This document shows positions 18,508-27,065 of a DNA stretch of 64,000 nucleotides, in pieces. Each line of letters starts with the position of its first letter. Positions within the stretch are counted from its first letter, which is position 1. This stretch comes from Moraxellaceae bacterium (lineage in GTDB: Bacteria > Pseudomonadota > Gammaproteobacteria > Pseudomonadales > Moraxellaceae), in the NCBI GenBank assembly GCA_020697295.1, contig JAJFBF010000005.1:13994-77993 (forward strand), written 5' to 3'. The notes below the pieces were generated by a model, which saw nothing but the letters and a program-made list of their open reading frames with translations, ran no database searches and had not been told where the DNA came from. The position numbers and the translations under genes were made by a program.

Positions 18508-20385
18508 CTACTCCGTATGGCGTCCCGGATACGGCCGCACCTCGTTTTCCATCTTGGGCGGGTCCGCATTAAAGGCTCGCGAGAAGTCGGCGATGCCCAG
18601 GCGCAGGAGCTGTCCCATCATCTCGAAATCAGACGCGATAATCGCGTTGAAGCGCCCCTTCAGCTGCTCCTGCTCCCAGCGCTTCGACCAGCCGCGGCGC
18701 AGCTCCATCGTGGCGATGCGCAGCTTGCCCCAGCGAATGCTCACGATATGGCACTCCCCGGCCTGGCATTCCGACGCATAACTGTCCACGCAGTGCCGCA
18801 TCTCCATGGCTTCTTCCATCAGCTCCGCTTCGTGCTCCAGGGTCAGGAAACGAAAATCCTGCCAGGCGTGCTCGCGCAGCGGAACACGCCAGCGATGCGC
18901 CACCGTACGCTTTGCCTTTGTCGGCCGGGGTCCCGGTGGCTGTGCCTGTAGCCCCTGCGCTTGTTGACGTTGCTGCTCTTGCTGCAGTTGCTGCAGGCGC
19001 GCGGCCTGCTCCCCGCGTTCGCGTTCCGCGCACATCCGTTCATGCCATTGCCGCGACTGCCGGAGCAGGGCCGGCACTTCTCCCTTGAAGGCCTGGGGCG
19101 GCAGCAGGGGGCTGCAGGCGCGGAACCAGTCGATCAGGTCGCTGAGGTCTTCGCGGTGCCGCGCCATGGCTTCCGGCGTGGCTGAATGCAGCAGGTGGCG
19201 GGCGATGGCGGTGAGCAGCAGGTCGGTTTTCTTGACCTGCTCCGGCGGTAGCTCGGCGCCGGGTACCACTCCATTGAGCACCCGCAGCGAGGCGCTGCGT
19301 CGTTGCAGGCGATACCACTGCTGGCGTTCGCCGCAAACCGGCGCTCGCAGGCCCGTGCGCAGGGCGGTGAGGCGGGAGGGAATGTCGCTGACGATCTCCG
19401 GCAACTGGTGGCGCCAGGCGCGGTAAAAGCGCGTGCAGGGGCCAAGCCGCGACAGCAGGAAGCCGAGTGCCGGCAGGAAGTCGGCCAGCCGTCCCTCGGC
19501 CTGCCAGTGGCCGAGCGTAAGGCCCAGGTCGCGCAACTGCGGCAGCGGGACCTGGTGCAACCGTGCCCACGCGTTGCGCGGCAGGCCCTGAGCGCGCAAG
19601 GCGGCGCGGACGTCGTCGATGCGCAACGAGCCGATAAGGCCCGCCTCGCGCAGGGGCAGCGCCAGCCACACCAGCTTGCGGGCGCGGCGCGGCCAGCGGC
19701 GCAAGGTCTCCCACTCGGCGAGCAGGCAGCCGATCTCCGCCGGCGTGGGGTGCGGCGTGCCGCGCCCGAGTTCGCGCAGGTAGCACTGCAGGAAACCGGA
19801 GGGATAGCCGATCCGACGCAACAGCAGTGCCTTCAGTAGCGGCCCTTCGCCTTCAAGGGTGCGTCGCACGACAGTGGCGAGGGTGCGTGGCAGCTCGTGG
19901 CGCTCGACGGGCCACAGATCCTCGAACCATGGCTGCAGCAACAGCCACTGTCCGGTCCATCCCCGCAGCAGTGGCCCCAGCGCCACGATCCACTCGGCAT
20001 TGTTGAGCGGCTCTTGCAGCTGCCGCTCCGGCTGCCAGTCGCCGGTTTGCCAATAGCCGATGGCCTGGCCCTGCGTATTGAGGCGCACCTGCAGCCGGCA
20101 ATCGCCAATCCGGATCGCGCGCTGATCGCCATTGTCCTGCACCTGCACCATGAGGCGCACCAGATGCAGCGAGAGTGCCGCGGCATCGAGGGGCACCGTC
20201 GCCGGATCGGAAAACGCCGACCCGGCCTGGGTCATCTCGGACCGGACCATTCTGGACAGCGCCATCGCCAGCTGGGCGGCAAGCGCCTGCTCCAGGTCAT
20301 CGGGCTCTGGCGTGTCAAGAAGCAGCGCGCGCAGCGACGCAATATCCGCGGGGTCACAGGCGGCGGGCTGGAAGGCTTTGCTCAT
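18508..20385 (-). CDS. PcfJ-like domain protein
   Basis: C-terminal core LEHEAELMEEAMEMRHCVDSYASECQAGECHIVSI resembles the PcfJ-like family signature (EG..M.HCV..Y) as I recall it. ATG at 20385. Confidence 0.75.
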   Translation of the reverse strand: MSKAFQPAACDPADIASLRALLLDTPEPDDLEQALAAQLAMALSRMVRSEMTQAGSAFSDPATVPLDAAALSLHLVRLMVQVQDNGDQRAIRIGDCRLQVRLNTQGQAIGYWQTGDWQPERQLQEPLNNAEWIVALGPLLRGWTGQWLLLQPWFEDLWPVERHELPRTLATVVRRTLEGEGPLLKALLLRRIGYPSGFLQCYLRELGRGTPHPTPAEIGCLLAEWETLRRWPRRARKLVWLALPLREAGLIGSLRIDDVRAALRAQGLPRNAWARLHQVPLPQLRDLGLTLGHWQAEGRLADFLPALGFLLSRLGPCTRFYRAWRHQLPEIVSDIPSRLTALRTGLRAPVCGERQQWYRLQRRSASLRVLNGVVPGAELPPEQVKKTDLLLTAIARHLLHSATPEAMARHREDLSDLIDWFRACSPLLPPQAFKGEVPALLRQSRQWHERMCAERERGEQAARLQQLQQEQQRQQAQGLQAQPPGPRPTKAKRTVAHRWRVPLREHAWQDFRFLTLEHEAELMEEAMEMRHCVDSYASECQAGECHIVSIRWGKLRIATMELRRGWSKRWEQEQLKGRFNAIIASDFEMMGQLLRLGIADFSRAFNADPPKMENEVRPYPGRHTE

Positions 20386-20406
20386 GTGCAATTTCGCCCG
20401 GCTGGC

Positions 20407-21201
20407 CTAGCACACGAACACATAAAGACCGGATGGCAGGGCATCGGTATTCGGCAGGGCAATCACCACCGCGCAATCAGCCTCGCAATGCTGGCTCAGG
20501 TGGTCGCCGACCTCGGTAAAGTCGGCCAGCGTGCAGGTCTCCGGCATGACCATCACGGCCCAGAGCGTGTGCCGTCCCCGAAAATCGTCCAGCTGCGACA
20601 GCATGGCGCGCATGCGCTCCGGGCCCTCCTGTCGCAACGGCGCCCACAGCAGGCACCCCTCGCCGGTCAGGTTGTTGCGCAGGTCGCCGTAGTCGATGCC
20701 GACCACGCCTTGGCACATCACGCTGCTCCAGATCACCTCGGCGGCGAGCAGTGGCGGCAGGGAGGGTGGGCACTTGCAAAGAAAACCCATCGCCGCGAGC
20801 AGGGCGGCCCGTTCTGCGGGCGGCAGCGACGGATCCTCGGGCATGAAGGCCATGACATCTCGCCCGCGGCTCTTGACGTGCGCGCCGATCGCCGTGGCCA
20901 GCGCACGAGACTCTGCAGACTCGCCGATGACCAGCAACAGCCACTCGGCCTCAGACATCATGGCGTCGATGGCCGCGCCATCTTCCGGAGAAAGCCCGGC
21001 GGCAGCGGCCGGCGGAAATACCGCTGGCACTGAATGAAGGCGGATCCCGGGAAGCTGGCCCTGTGGCCCGCCGCTGGCCGTCAGGGCCTGGTAGCAGCGG
21101 AGGAGTTCGACTGGGAAGTGGGTCGTTCTGGGCTCGTGGCGCAAAGGTGCGCAAATCACGAGGCGGACGAGGTCAACGGGCGAAAAGTCGGTATCTGGCA
21201 T
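20407..21201 (-). CDS. degenerate FtsZ/tubulin-like protein
   Basis: Colinear with FtsZ: LVRLVICAPLRHE / LLLVIGESAESRALATAIGAHVKSRGRDVMAFM / VVGIDYGDLRNNL (T7-like) / LWAVMVMPETCTLADFTEVGDHL...AVVIALPNTD...LYVFV. The glycine GTP loops are lost. AGGAG SD. Confidence 0.6.
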   Translation of the reverse strand: MPDTDFSPVDLVRLVICAPLRHEPRTTHFPVELLRCYQALTASGGPQGQLPGIRLHSVPAVFPPAAAAGLSPEDGAAIDAMMSEAEWLLLVIGESAESRALATAIGAHVKSRGRDVMAFMPEDPSLPPAERAALLAAMGFLCKCPPSLPPLLAAEVIWSSVMCQGVVGIDYGDLRNNLTGEGCLLWAPLRQEGPERMRAMLSQLDDFRGRHTLWAVMVMPETCTLADFTEVGDHLSQHCEADCAVVIALPNTDALPSGLYVFVC

Positions 21202-21310
21202 GGCAGGTGCTCCTGGACCTGCCCAGCTTGACGGTGGGGTGCGTCAGGACGTGTCGGATGGCGCCTGGTGCCAGATGCCCTGGCTCCGGGGATTCACGGC
21301 ACGGCTGGCG

Positions 21311-21760
21311 TCAGTGCGACACAAGAAGTCGCACCTCCCTGTTAGCCTCTATCCACACCACGGCGTTCTGCCCGAATTCCCGCCCCAGCTGGATGGCGTT
21401 GCTCTCTGTCACGCCCAACACCAGCAAGGAGGCCTCGGGATCCCAGGCCGTATCGGTGCCCAGGCCGGCGCCCCCGCAGTAGCGAAAACCGCGGTTCTGG
21501 AGTTGCAGTCGCAGACTGCGCTGCCGGTCCAGGTTGTGTTCCGGCGCCAGATCCGGCCCGTGTTGGGGATTGTAGGCCGTGATGAACACGGCAGCCGAAA
21601 CGGCGCTGCGCTCGAGCAGCCGCGCGGTCACGCCGTCAGGGCGCTGGCCCACGCGGATGACGCCAATGGCCTCGTGATCGCGGAACACGAACACGGTGTC
21701 GGCATAGGCCTGCCACAGGCCGTCGGGAATCAGCCCGGGGGCAGGGGATCGAAGCTTCAT
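21311..21760 (-). CDS. DUF3293-like protein
   Basis: AAVFITAYNPQHG...NLDRQRSLRLQLQNRG...EASLLVLGV..AIQLGREFGQNAVVW resembles DUF3293 as I recall it. ATG at 21760 with GGGAG SD. Confidence 0.6.
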   Translation of the reverse strand: MKLRSPAPGLIPDGLWQAYADTVFVFRDHEAIGVIRVGQRPDGVTARLLERSAVSAAVFITAYNPQHGPDLAPEHNLDRQRSLRLQLQNRGFRYCGGAGLGTDTAWDPEASLLVLGVTESNAIQLGREFGQNAVVWIEANREVRLLVSH

Positions 21761-21895
21761 GCACCAACTCCCGGCGCGGGGCATGTCACCGATGCCCGGC
21801 GCGGTTCAAGAATTCAAGGGCTCGTGCCACAAGCCGGTCCGGCATACACCAAGTCCTCCGTCACGCCAGCGGGGGGCATACCGGAGGGACTCATC

Positions 21896-22519
21896 ATGGC
21901 TACCACGATTGAGCAAGTTTGCGGCTACCTGAACGACCTGGGGGTCAGTGTCAGTGAGGTGGACAGGGACAATGAGCAGATCCTGTTTTTTCTCAGTCCG
22001 CTCAACCTGTCGCTGCGTTGTTATATCAACCTGCGCAGCGAGGGGAAATACATTGTCGTCACCTGTTATCCGGAAATCGTCAACCAGGCGCCTCTGGCGC
22101 CGCTGCGTCGCGAGCAGGTGCTGGAGCGCCTGAATGCGTTCAACTGCGACTTCATTTACGGGCGCTGGGGACTGGGCGACAACGAGGAGCCGCGGGTCAC
22201 TTTTCCCTTGCACCTGGAAGATGCGGCGCTGACGCATCGGCAGATATGGTCGGTGATCTTTATCCTCAAGGATCTGGTCATCCTCCAGGCGCAAAGCCTG
22301 CAGTTGCTGATCGGCGCGGGTATCCAGGCGCCGGTGGAGGAGGCCTTGCTCTCCGGCATCGCCATCAGCGCGGCCCTGGGGCATCCCTCGCGCGTTGCCG
22401 AAATCGCCCATGTCCTGTGCCTGCAGCCGGCAGCGGCCCATGCCCTGCACGAACTGGTGGGCGAAACCGCGACGGTGCAGGACGAGGAGGTGGAGTGCCC
22501 AAGGCTGCTGCTCAACTAG
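21896..22519 (+). CDS. YbjN-like (T3SS-chaperone-like fold) protein, tentative
   Basis: 207 aa from ATG at 21896 (GGAGGGA SD). The N-terminal 120 aa has the YbjN-like pattern (IEQVCGYLNDLG..ILFFLS..LRCYINL..GKYIVVTCYPEI). Confidence 0.55.
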   Translation: MATTIEQVCGYLNDLGVSVSEVDRDNEQILFFLSPLNLSLRCYINLRSEGKYIVVTCYPEIVNQAPLAPLRREQVLERLNAFNCDFIYGRWGLGDNEEPRVTFPLHLEDAALTHRQIWSVIFILKDLVILQAQSLQLLIGAGIQAPVEEALLSGIAISAALGHPSRVAEIAHVLCLQPAAAHALHELVGETATVQDEEVECPRLLLN

Positions 22520-22608
22520 GCACTGGTGCGCTGGCGGCAGTTTCCGCGGGGCGGTGCATTCCAGCGGCAGGGCTTTCGTCAGGCAGGTTTTTTCACAGGA
22601 GGGAGCGG

Positions 22609-23118
22609 ATGGATTTCGATGTGACTTCCACATTATGGGCCGGGCAGGATCCCGCGCCCTTCTTTCATGGCCTGCAGATCCGGCACCGTGTCCAGAAGGG
22701 CGGAACCTGCGTTTCCACGGGGCTGAGCCTGCTGACCCGCGAGGCCCCGGCCACGATCCGCCGCCGGATCAACACCCAGGACCCGGTGTCGTGGTCGCAT
22801 TATCTGCAGGCACATGGCATGCGCCTGGCCTATTGCCCCACGGATTTCCGGCGACTCCAGCATTATGTCGACGACCTGCTGGCCCTCGATGACCTCTTTA
22901 CCCTGAGCACCTATTCGCCGGAAATGGCGCAGCGCATTGGCGCCGAGCCCGATGACTCCGGGTGGATCTGCTCCTCGCACTTCGTCATCCTGCACCGGGA
23001 TGTCGTGTATGACACTGTGTACGCTGAACCGGTGCTGTTGCGGGACTATGACGACCTGCAGCGGTATGTGAAGCGGATTTTCCGCGTCGTGCCAGCCACC
23101 CACGACCGCGGCCTTTGA
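22609..23118 (+). CDS. papain-fold cysteine peptidase-like protein, tentative
   Basis: 169 aa with AGGAGGGAG SD. Q-x4-C (QKGGTCVSTGLSLL) and a later SSHFVILHRDVVYD (His/Asp) give a Q-C-H-D order. Confidence 0.5.
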   Translation: MDFDVTSTLWAGQDPAPFFHGLQIRHRVQKGGTCVSTGLSLLTREAPATIRRRINTQDPVSWSHYLQAHGMRLAYCPTDFRRLQHYVDDLLALDDLFTLSTYSPEMAQRIGAEPDDSGWICSSHFVILHRDVVYDTVYAEPVLLRDYDDLQRYVKRIFRVVPATHDRGL

Positions 23119-23128
23119 GGATATTCCC

Positions 23129-24058
23129 ATGACCACAGCAAGCCCAGCCAGGGATGCGCTCCAGGCCGAATTCCCGCTCCGCGCGCGCGGGGCGCTTTAC
23201 GGGCTGATCCTGGGCGACATCATCGGCGCCTATTTCGAATTCTCCTCCCGCGGGCGCAAGGAGCTTCCCACCCTGGGTGATCTGGCGGGGAAGACCAACG
23301 TCTTCGGCATCCGCTTTGGCTATACCGACGACAGCATCCTGGCACTGCTCGGCATGGAAAGCCTGGTGGACTGCGCGGGGCGCTGGGACACTGCCAGCCA
23401 GCGTGACCATGCCCGCCGCTACATGAACGGCGAGACCGCCTGGAGTCCGAATGGCCGCTGCTTCGATATCGGGATCTCTACGCTGCGCTCGCTGCGGGAT
23501 GGCGAATGGGCCGGCAAGCGAGACGCCCGCAGCGCTGGCAACGGCGTACTCATGAAGCACCTGCCGTTTGTGATTGGCCGTTGCCTGCATCCGGACCAGG
23601 AACCCGTGGAGTACTACCGGCAGGTCGCCGACCTAACGCATGGCTGTCCGAGTACGGTGACTACCGCAAGGGAAATGGGCCTGCTGCTGGAGCGCCTGCT
23701 GCAAGGCCTGCCCTGGAGCGATGCCCATGCGGGGCTGGACACGGCGATACGCCACGAGACACTTTCGGTCGAGCGGACCTACAGCGGCTTTTGCGAGGAT
23801 TCCTGGGTGCTGGCCCTGCAACTGGTGCAGCGTCGTTTCAAGGACGACCTGGACTGGACGCGTGGCATCCAGTGCATCATGGACCTGGGCGGTGATACCG
23901 ACACCAATGCCGCCATCTATGGTCAGCTATACGGGGCGCTGTTTCCGGCCGAGATCATCGCGCAGTACGAGGCCGTCCGCGCGCATGTCCACCGCGCGGA
24001 GGATATTGATGCGTTACTGGAGCGCTTGCTGGCGACGGGGGAAGGCGTCGCGGCATAA
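23129..24058 (+). CDS. ADP-ribosylglycohydrolase family protein
   Basis: LYGLILGDIIGAYFEF, GYTDDSILAL, LGGDTDTNAAIYGQLYGA are canonical ARH/DraG motifs. Confidence 0.85.
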   Translation: MTTASPARDALQAEFPLRARGALYGLILGDIIGAYFEFSSRGRKELPTLGDLAGKTNVFGIRFGYTDDSILALLGMESLVDCAGRWDTASQRDHARRYMNGETAWSPNGRCFDIGISTLRSLRDGEWAGKRDARSAGNGVLMKHLPFVIGRCLHPDQEPVEYYRQVADLTHGCPSTVTTAREMGLLLERLLQGLPWSDAHAGLDTAIRHETLSVERTYSGFCEDSWVLALQLVQRRFKDDLDWTRGIQCIMDLGGDTDTNAAIYGQLYGALFPAEIIAQYEAVRAHVHRAEDIDALLERLLATGEGVAA

Positions 24059-24095
24059 GCCGCTGGCAAGCCAGGGCGGGCCGCGAAAGCTGGTG

Positions 24096-24542
24096 TCAGC
24101 TGATGGGGAAGAGCGCAATTTCGGCTTTCTGAAGGCGTGCCAGCGTGTCACCCGTTTCGAAGCACCACCCCTCGGGCATTTCGCTCTTCAGGTTGAGTCC
24201 CGCTTTTCCGTCAAGACGGGCGGCTTCATTTTTGGAGATATGAGCGATTCGCCAGTGTTTGGCGAGGAGGGCGGCAATGGTGGTGTCCGGTACTCCAGCT
24301 TCGATTAGCCGGCATGACTCCCGGATCAGGACGGCGCAGGGCACGACATGCTCCGGATGAATGGGCTCTTCGTCGATAACGGCACGAGAGCGCCCGATCA
24401 GGGTCAGGCTTTGCTCGGGATGCAGGATGATGGAAAAGATACGGGAGTGAATGCCCAGTACCCCCTTGTTCTCCAGGCGCTGCTTGAAGTGCTGCACGAG
24501 CAGTAGCGAGGTTTTGTAGAGAATATCGTCGTTGGCATTCAT
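24096..24542 (-). CDS. small hypothetical protein (possible His-Me/HNH-like)
   Basis: 148 aa from ATG at 24542. IHPEHVVPC ... HWRIAHISKNEAARLD is loosely HNH/DUF1524-like. Lies 54 nt downstream of the WYL gene. Confidence 0.45.
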   Translation of the reverse strand: MNANDDILYKTSLLLVQHFKQRLENKGVLGIHSRIFSIILHPEQSLTLIGRSRAVIDEEPIHPEHVVPCAVLIRESCRLIEAGVPDTTIAALLAKHWRIAHISKNEAARLDGKAGLNLKSEMPEGWCFETGDTLARLQKAEIALFPIS

Positions 24543-24595
24543 CAGTAATTGATCTTTCCTTCTCGGGCGCACATGGCCATCTGTTTTGACAAAAA

Positions 24596-25849
24596 CTAGG
24601 AATAGCGCGCCAGCATGCCGCGCGCCGCATGATGCATGCGCTCGCGCAAATGCACGGGGCCGTCCACGCGCACGTTGGCGCCAAAGCCCAGCAGCCACCA
24701 CAGCAGCTGTTCGGTTTCGCGAAGCCTGGCCTGGATCCGGTGCTGGCCTGCGGCGATCGGCGTGATGACCTGCTTGTCCGCGAGCGGGCTCTCGGCCAGG
24801 TGCAGGCCCGCGCCCTCGAAGAACGTGACATCGAGATCAATCAGGCCGTGCTCGCCGGGGAAGTCCAGGCCCTGCTGTTCATGCACATAGCTATCGAGAT
24901 CGAAGCCGGGGATGGTGCGGCCCGCCTCGTCCTCCAGCAGCGTGGTTTTCTGGAAGCGGTGCAGGGCATAGAGACGCACGTCGTCATAGTCGAATACCGT
25001 GGCCACCAGGTAGGTGACGTGGCCGCGGATGACCAGTCCCAGCGGGTTGAACACATGGTCCTTGCGCAGGGTGCCGTCCTTGAGGCGGTAACTGCCCTGG
25101 AAGCGTGCATTGAGCGCCAGTGCGGAATAGACCACGTCGCGGATGTTGCGCGGGGTCACCGGGCTTTGCAGCGGCTGCGTGGGCGGCACCGCCAGGATCT
25201 TCTTTTGCCAGCTGCTCAGTTGCTGATGGCTGAGGACGCCGTTGAGGCGCTGCTCGGCCTGTTCGAACTGCGGCTTGAGGGCCTCCACCACGAGCGTCGG
25301 CAGCATCTGCACCAGATGCCGCTTCACCATGAGCAGGGTGAGGGCCTCGGCCTGGTTCATCGCAGGCGCCATGCGCTGGCGGGCATCGGTCGGCCAGGCC
25401 CAGCCATGGGGCTTGCTGTCATCGAAGCACTGGATGCCGAAGGCTTGGGAAAGCTCCTTGATGTTGCGCTCGATGGTGCGGCGATTCACCTTGTAGCCCT
25501 GTATTTCCATGCGCTGGTCGATCTGGCTGGTGGTGACCTTCTCGGGGTAGCGCGGAATCATCGCCAGCATGTCGATATAGCGGAGGGCCAGGCTGATGCC
25601 GTCGGCTTTCGGGCTGGTTTTGGCGGCGGCTTTGGCCGGCGCGGGCCGGCGCGTGGCCGTTGCATTGGCCGGCGTATTGGCGGGCGCAGCGGGGCGTTTT
25701 TTTGCAGCGGTCGCGCTGGCGGCGGCCTTTGCCGGCGTGCCGGGGGCGGAGGCTTTTTTTGCACTGCCCCTGGAGGGGCGGGAGGCGGGTGCGACGGGCT
25801 GGGTGGGCATCGGTTTCTTGTTTTTTGGGGGAGCCATCGGGCCGGTCAT
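24596..25849 (-). CDS. WYL-domain transcriptional regulator with Ala/Lys/Pro-rich N-terminal tail
   Basis: HTH (TTSQIDQRMEIQGYKVNRRTIERNIKEL), WYL core (RKDHVFNPLGLVIRGHVTYLVATVFDYDDVRLYALHRF) and an 85-aa tail (AKKASAPGTPAKAAA...AKAAAKTSPK). Confidence 0.8.
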   Translation of the reverse strand: MTGPMAPPKNKKPMPTQPVAPASRPSRGSAKKASAPGTPAKAAASATAAKKRPAAPANTPANATATRRPAPAKAAAKTSPKADGISLALRYIDMLAMIPRYPEKVTTSQIDQRMEIQGYKVNRRTIERNIKELSQAFGIQCFDDSKPHGWAWPTDARQRMAPAMNQAEALTLLMVKRHLVQMLPTLVVEALKPQFEQAEQRLNGVLSHQQLSSWQKKILAVPPTQPLQSPVTPRNIRDVVYSALALNARFQGSYRLKDGTLRKDHVFNPLGLVIRGHVTYLVATVFDYDDVRLYALHRFQKTTLLEDEAGRTIPGFDLDSYVHEQQGLDFPGEHGLIDLDVTFFEGAGLHLAESPLADKQVITPIAAGQHRIQARLRETEQLLWWLLGFGANVRVDGPVHLRERMHHAARGMLARYS

Positions 25850-25914
25850 GAGAGCCGGGTCAGGGTCGAGGATAATTCGATTTGCGGGATTGGCCTATCC
25901 CGGCGCCGCGGGGC

Positions 25915-26316
25915 TCAGGAAAACCAGACCTTCAGCCAGTCGTCCGCGCTGCGGTCCTGCCAGGGCCGTTGACGGGCGGCGTCCACCGCCTCCTTCCTGG
26001 CCTGCGCCCGCTCGGCCGCATAAGCCTGCTCGCGTTCGGCGGCGGCGCGACGAAGCTGCTCCTCTTTCTCGCGACGTTGCCGTTCCAGGGTTTCCTGTTC
26101 CTTCTGCCAGATAAGCCAACCGCCGAGGAGGGCGCCGACCAGGACCAGCGCGGTCGCATAGCCGGCCAGCTCGCCATAGTGCGAGCCGATGGCCGCACTG
26201 ATCCCCATGATGACAATGCCGAGCAGCGCCAGGCCCCAGAGCATGATGATCGCCAGGTAGTAGGTGAACACCGCAAAGATGGCCACCAGGCCCAGCAGTA
26301 GCACCACGATCGTCAT
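25915..26316 (-). CDS. small membrane protein with coiled-coil tail
   Basis: TM segments IVVLLLGLVAIFAVFTYYLAIIMLWGLALLGIVIMGI and ATALVLVGALLGGWLIW, then an E/R/A-rich helix. ATG at 26316 forms an ATGA overlap with the upstream stop. Confidence 0.55.
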   Translation of the reverse strand: MTIVVLLLGLVAIFAVFTYYLAIIMLWGLALLGIVIMGISAAIGSHYGELAGYATALVLVGALLGGWLIWQKEQETLERQRREKEEQLRRAAAEREQAYAAERAQARKEAVDAARQRPWQDRSADDWLKVWFS

Positions 26317-26744
26317 GACGGCTCTCCCGGGTGGTCGCATCTACGTTCGAACCGGGCCACGGCTTCCGGCGCCAGCGGCGTCTGCAGTGCCGAGCGCAGC
26401 AGGTGATAGTGGCGATCCAGCAGCTCGGCTTCGTCAGCGCGCGCGTCATGCCAGGTCTCGGTGATGCCCTCGGCGGCCAGATGGCGCAGGTAGTCGTCCT
26501 CCAGCTCGCGAGCAATCTCCATGTCCTGCTCCAGGCGCAGGCGCGAGGCACGGCAGGTCATCTCCTGCACGAAGCCGGCTTGCTGCGGGTGCTGGCGCCG
26601 CAGGCCGTCCAGCCGTTGCAGCAGGCTTTCCCAGGCCATCAGCGGCAGGCGCCGGATCAGCAGTTGCCGGAGCTGGACCGCGCGCCGGCGCTGGCGGACC
26701 TGCTCCGGGGTGAGGTCGAGTAGCGGCGTTGAGGGCGGCGGCAT
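26313..26744 (-). CDS. hypothetical helical protein
   Basis: 143 aa (MPPPSTPLLDLTPEQVRQRR...). The rest of the 321-aa ORF upstream is Arg/Pro-rich and unlikely to be coding. Confidence 0.45.
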   Translation of the reverse strand: MPPPSTPLLDLTPEQVRQRRRAVQLRQLLIRRLPLMAWESLLQRLDGLRRQHPQQAGFVQEMTCRASRLRLEQDMEIARELEDDYLRHLAAEGITETWHDARADEAELLDRHYHLLRSALQTPLAPEAVARFERRCDHPGEPS

Positions 26745-27065
26745 GGGGCTCTCCTGGCGGGGGCGCGGAGCGGGCGGCCGGTGGGGCGCCCGCCTGGCGC
26801 GACAGCCACAGCATGCCGGCTGCATGCGACGGAATATGTCGCATGTATGCCGGACGGGAAGGCTCGCTGCAAGCCCCGGCGGCCCGCGCGACCAGTCGGC
26901 ATGTCGTCTTTCCAGGCGCGTTTCTTGCGACACAAGATGACGGTTGCCTGCGTAATACTGACGGTCGACTGCAACCGCCCGCGGAGGCCTCATGCCCGAT
27001 CTCGACCTGCTCCCTGACTGGGCAACTGGTGAAATGGCGCAGGACAAGGCGCTCAACGAACGCAT

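Noticed and set aside
19897-21033. 378-aa plus-strand ORF across the PcfJ-like and FtsZ-like genes
   Set aside because: It crosses a gene junction and has an Arg/Gly/Gln-rich, motif-free translation.
20407-21201. A genuine cell-division ftsZ gene
   Set aside because: Too short, both GTP-binding glycine loops are lost, there is no dcw-cluster context, and it has a paralog in the same island.
24629-25972. 447-aa ORF antisense to the WYL regulator
   Set aside because: Shadow ORF. The sense strand has HTH and WYL motifs.
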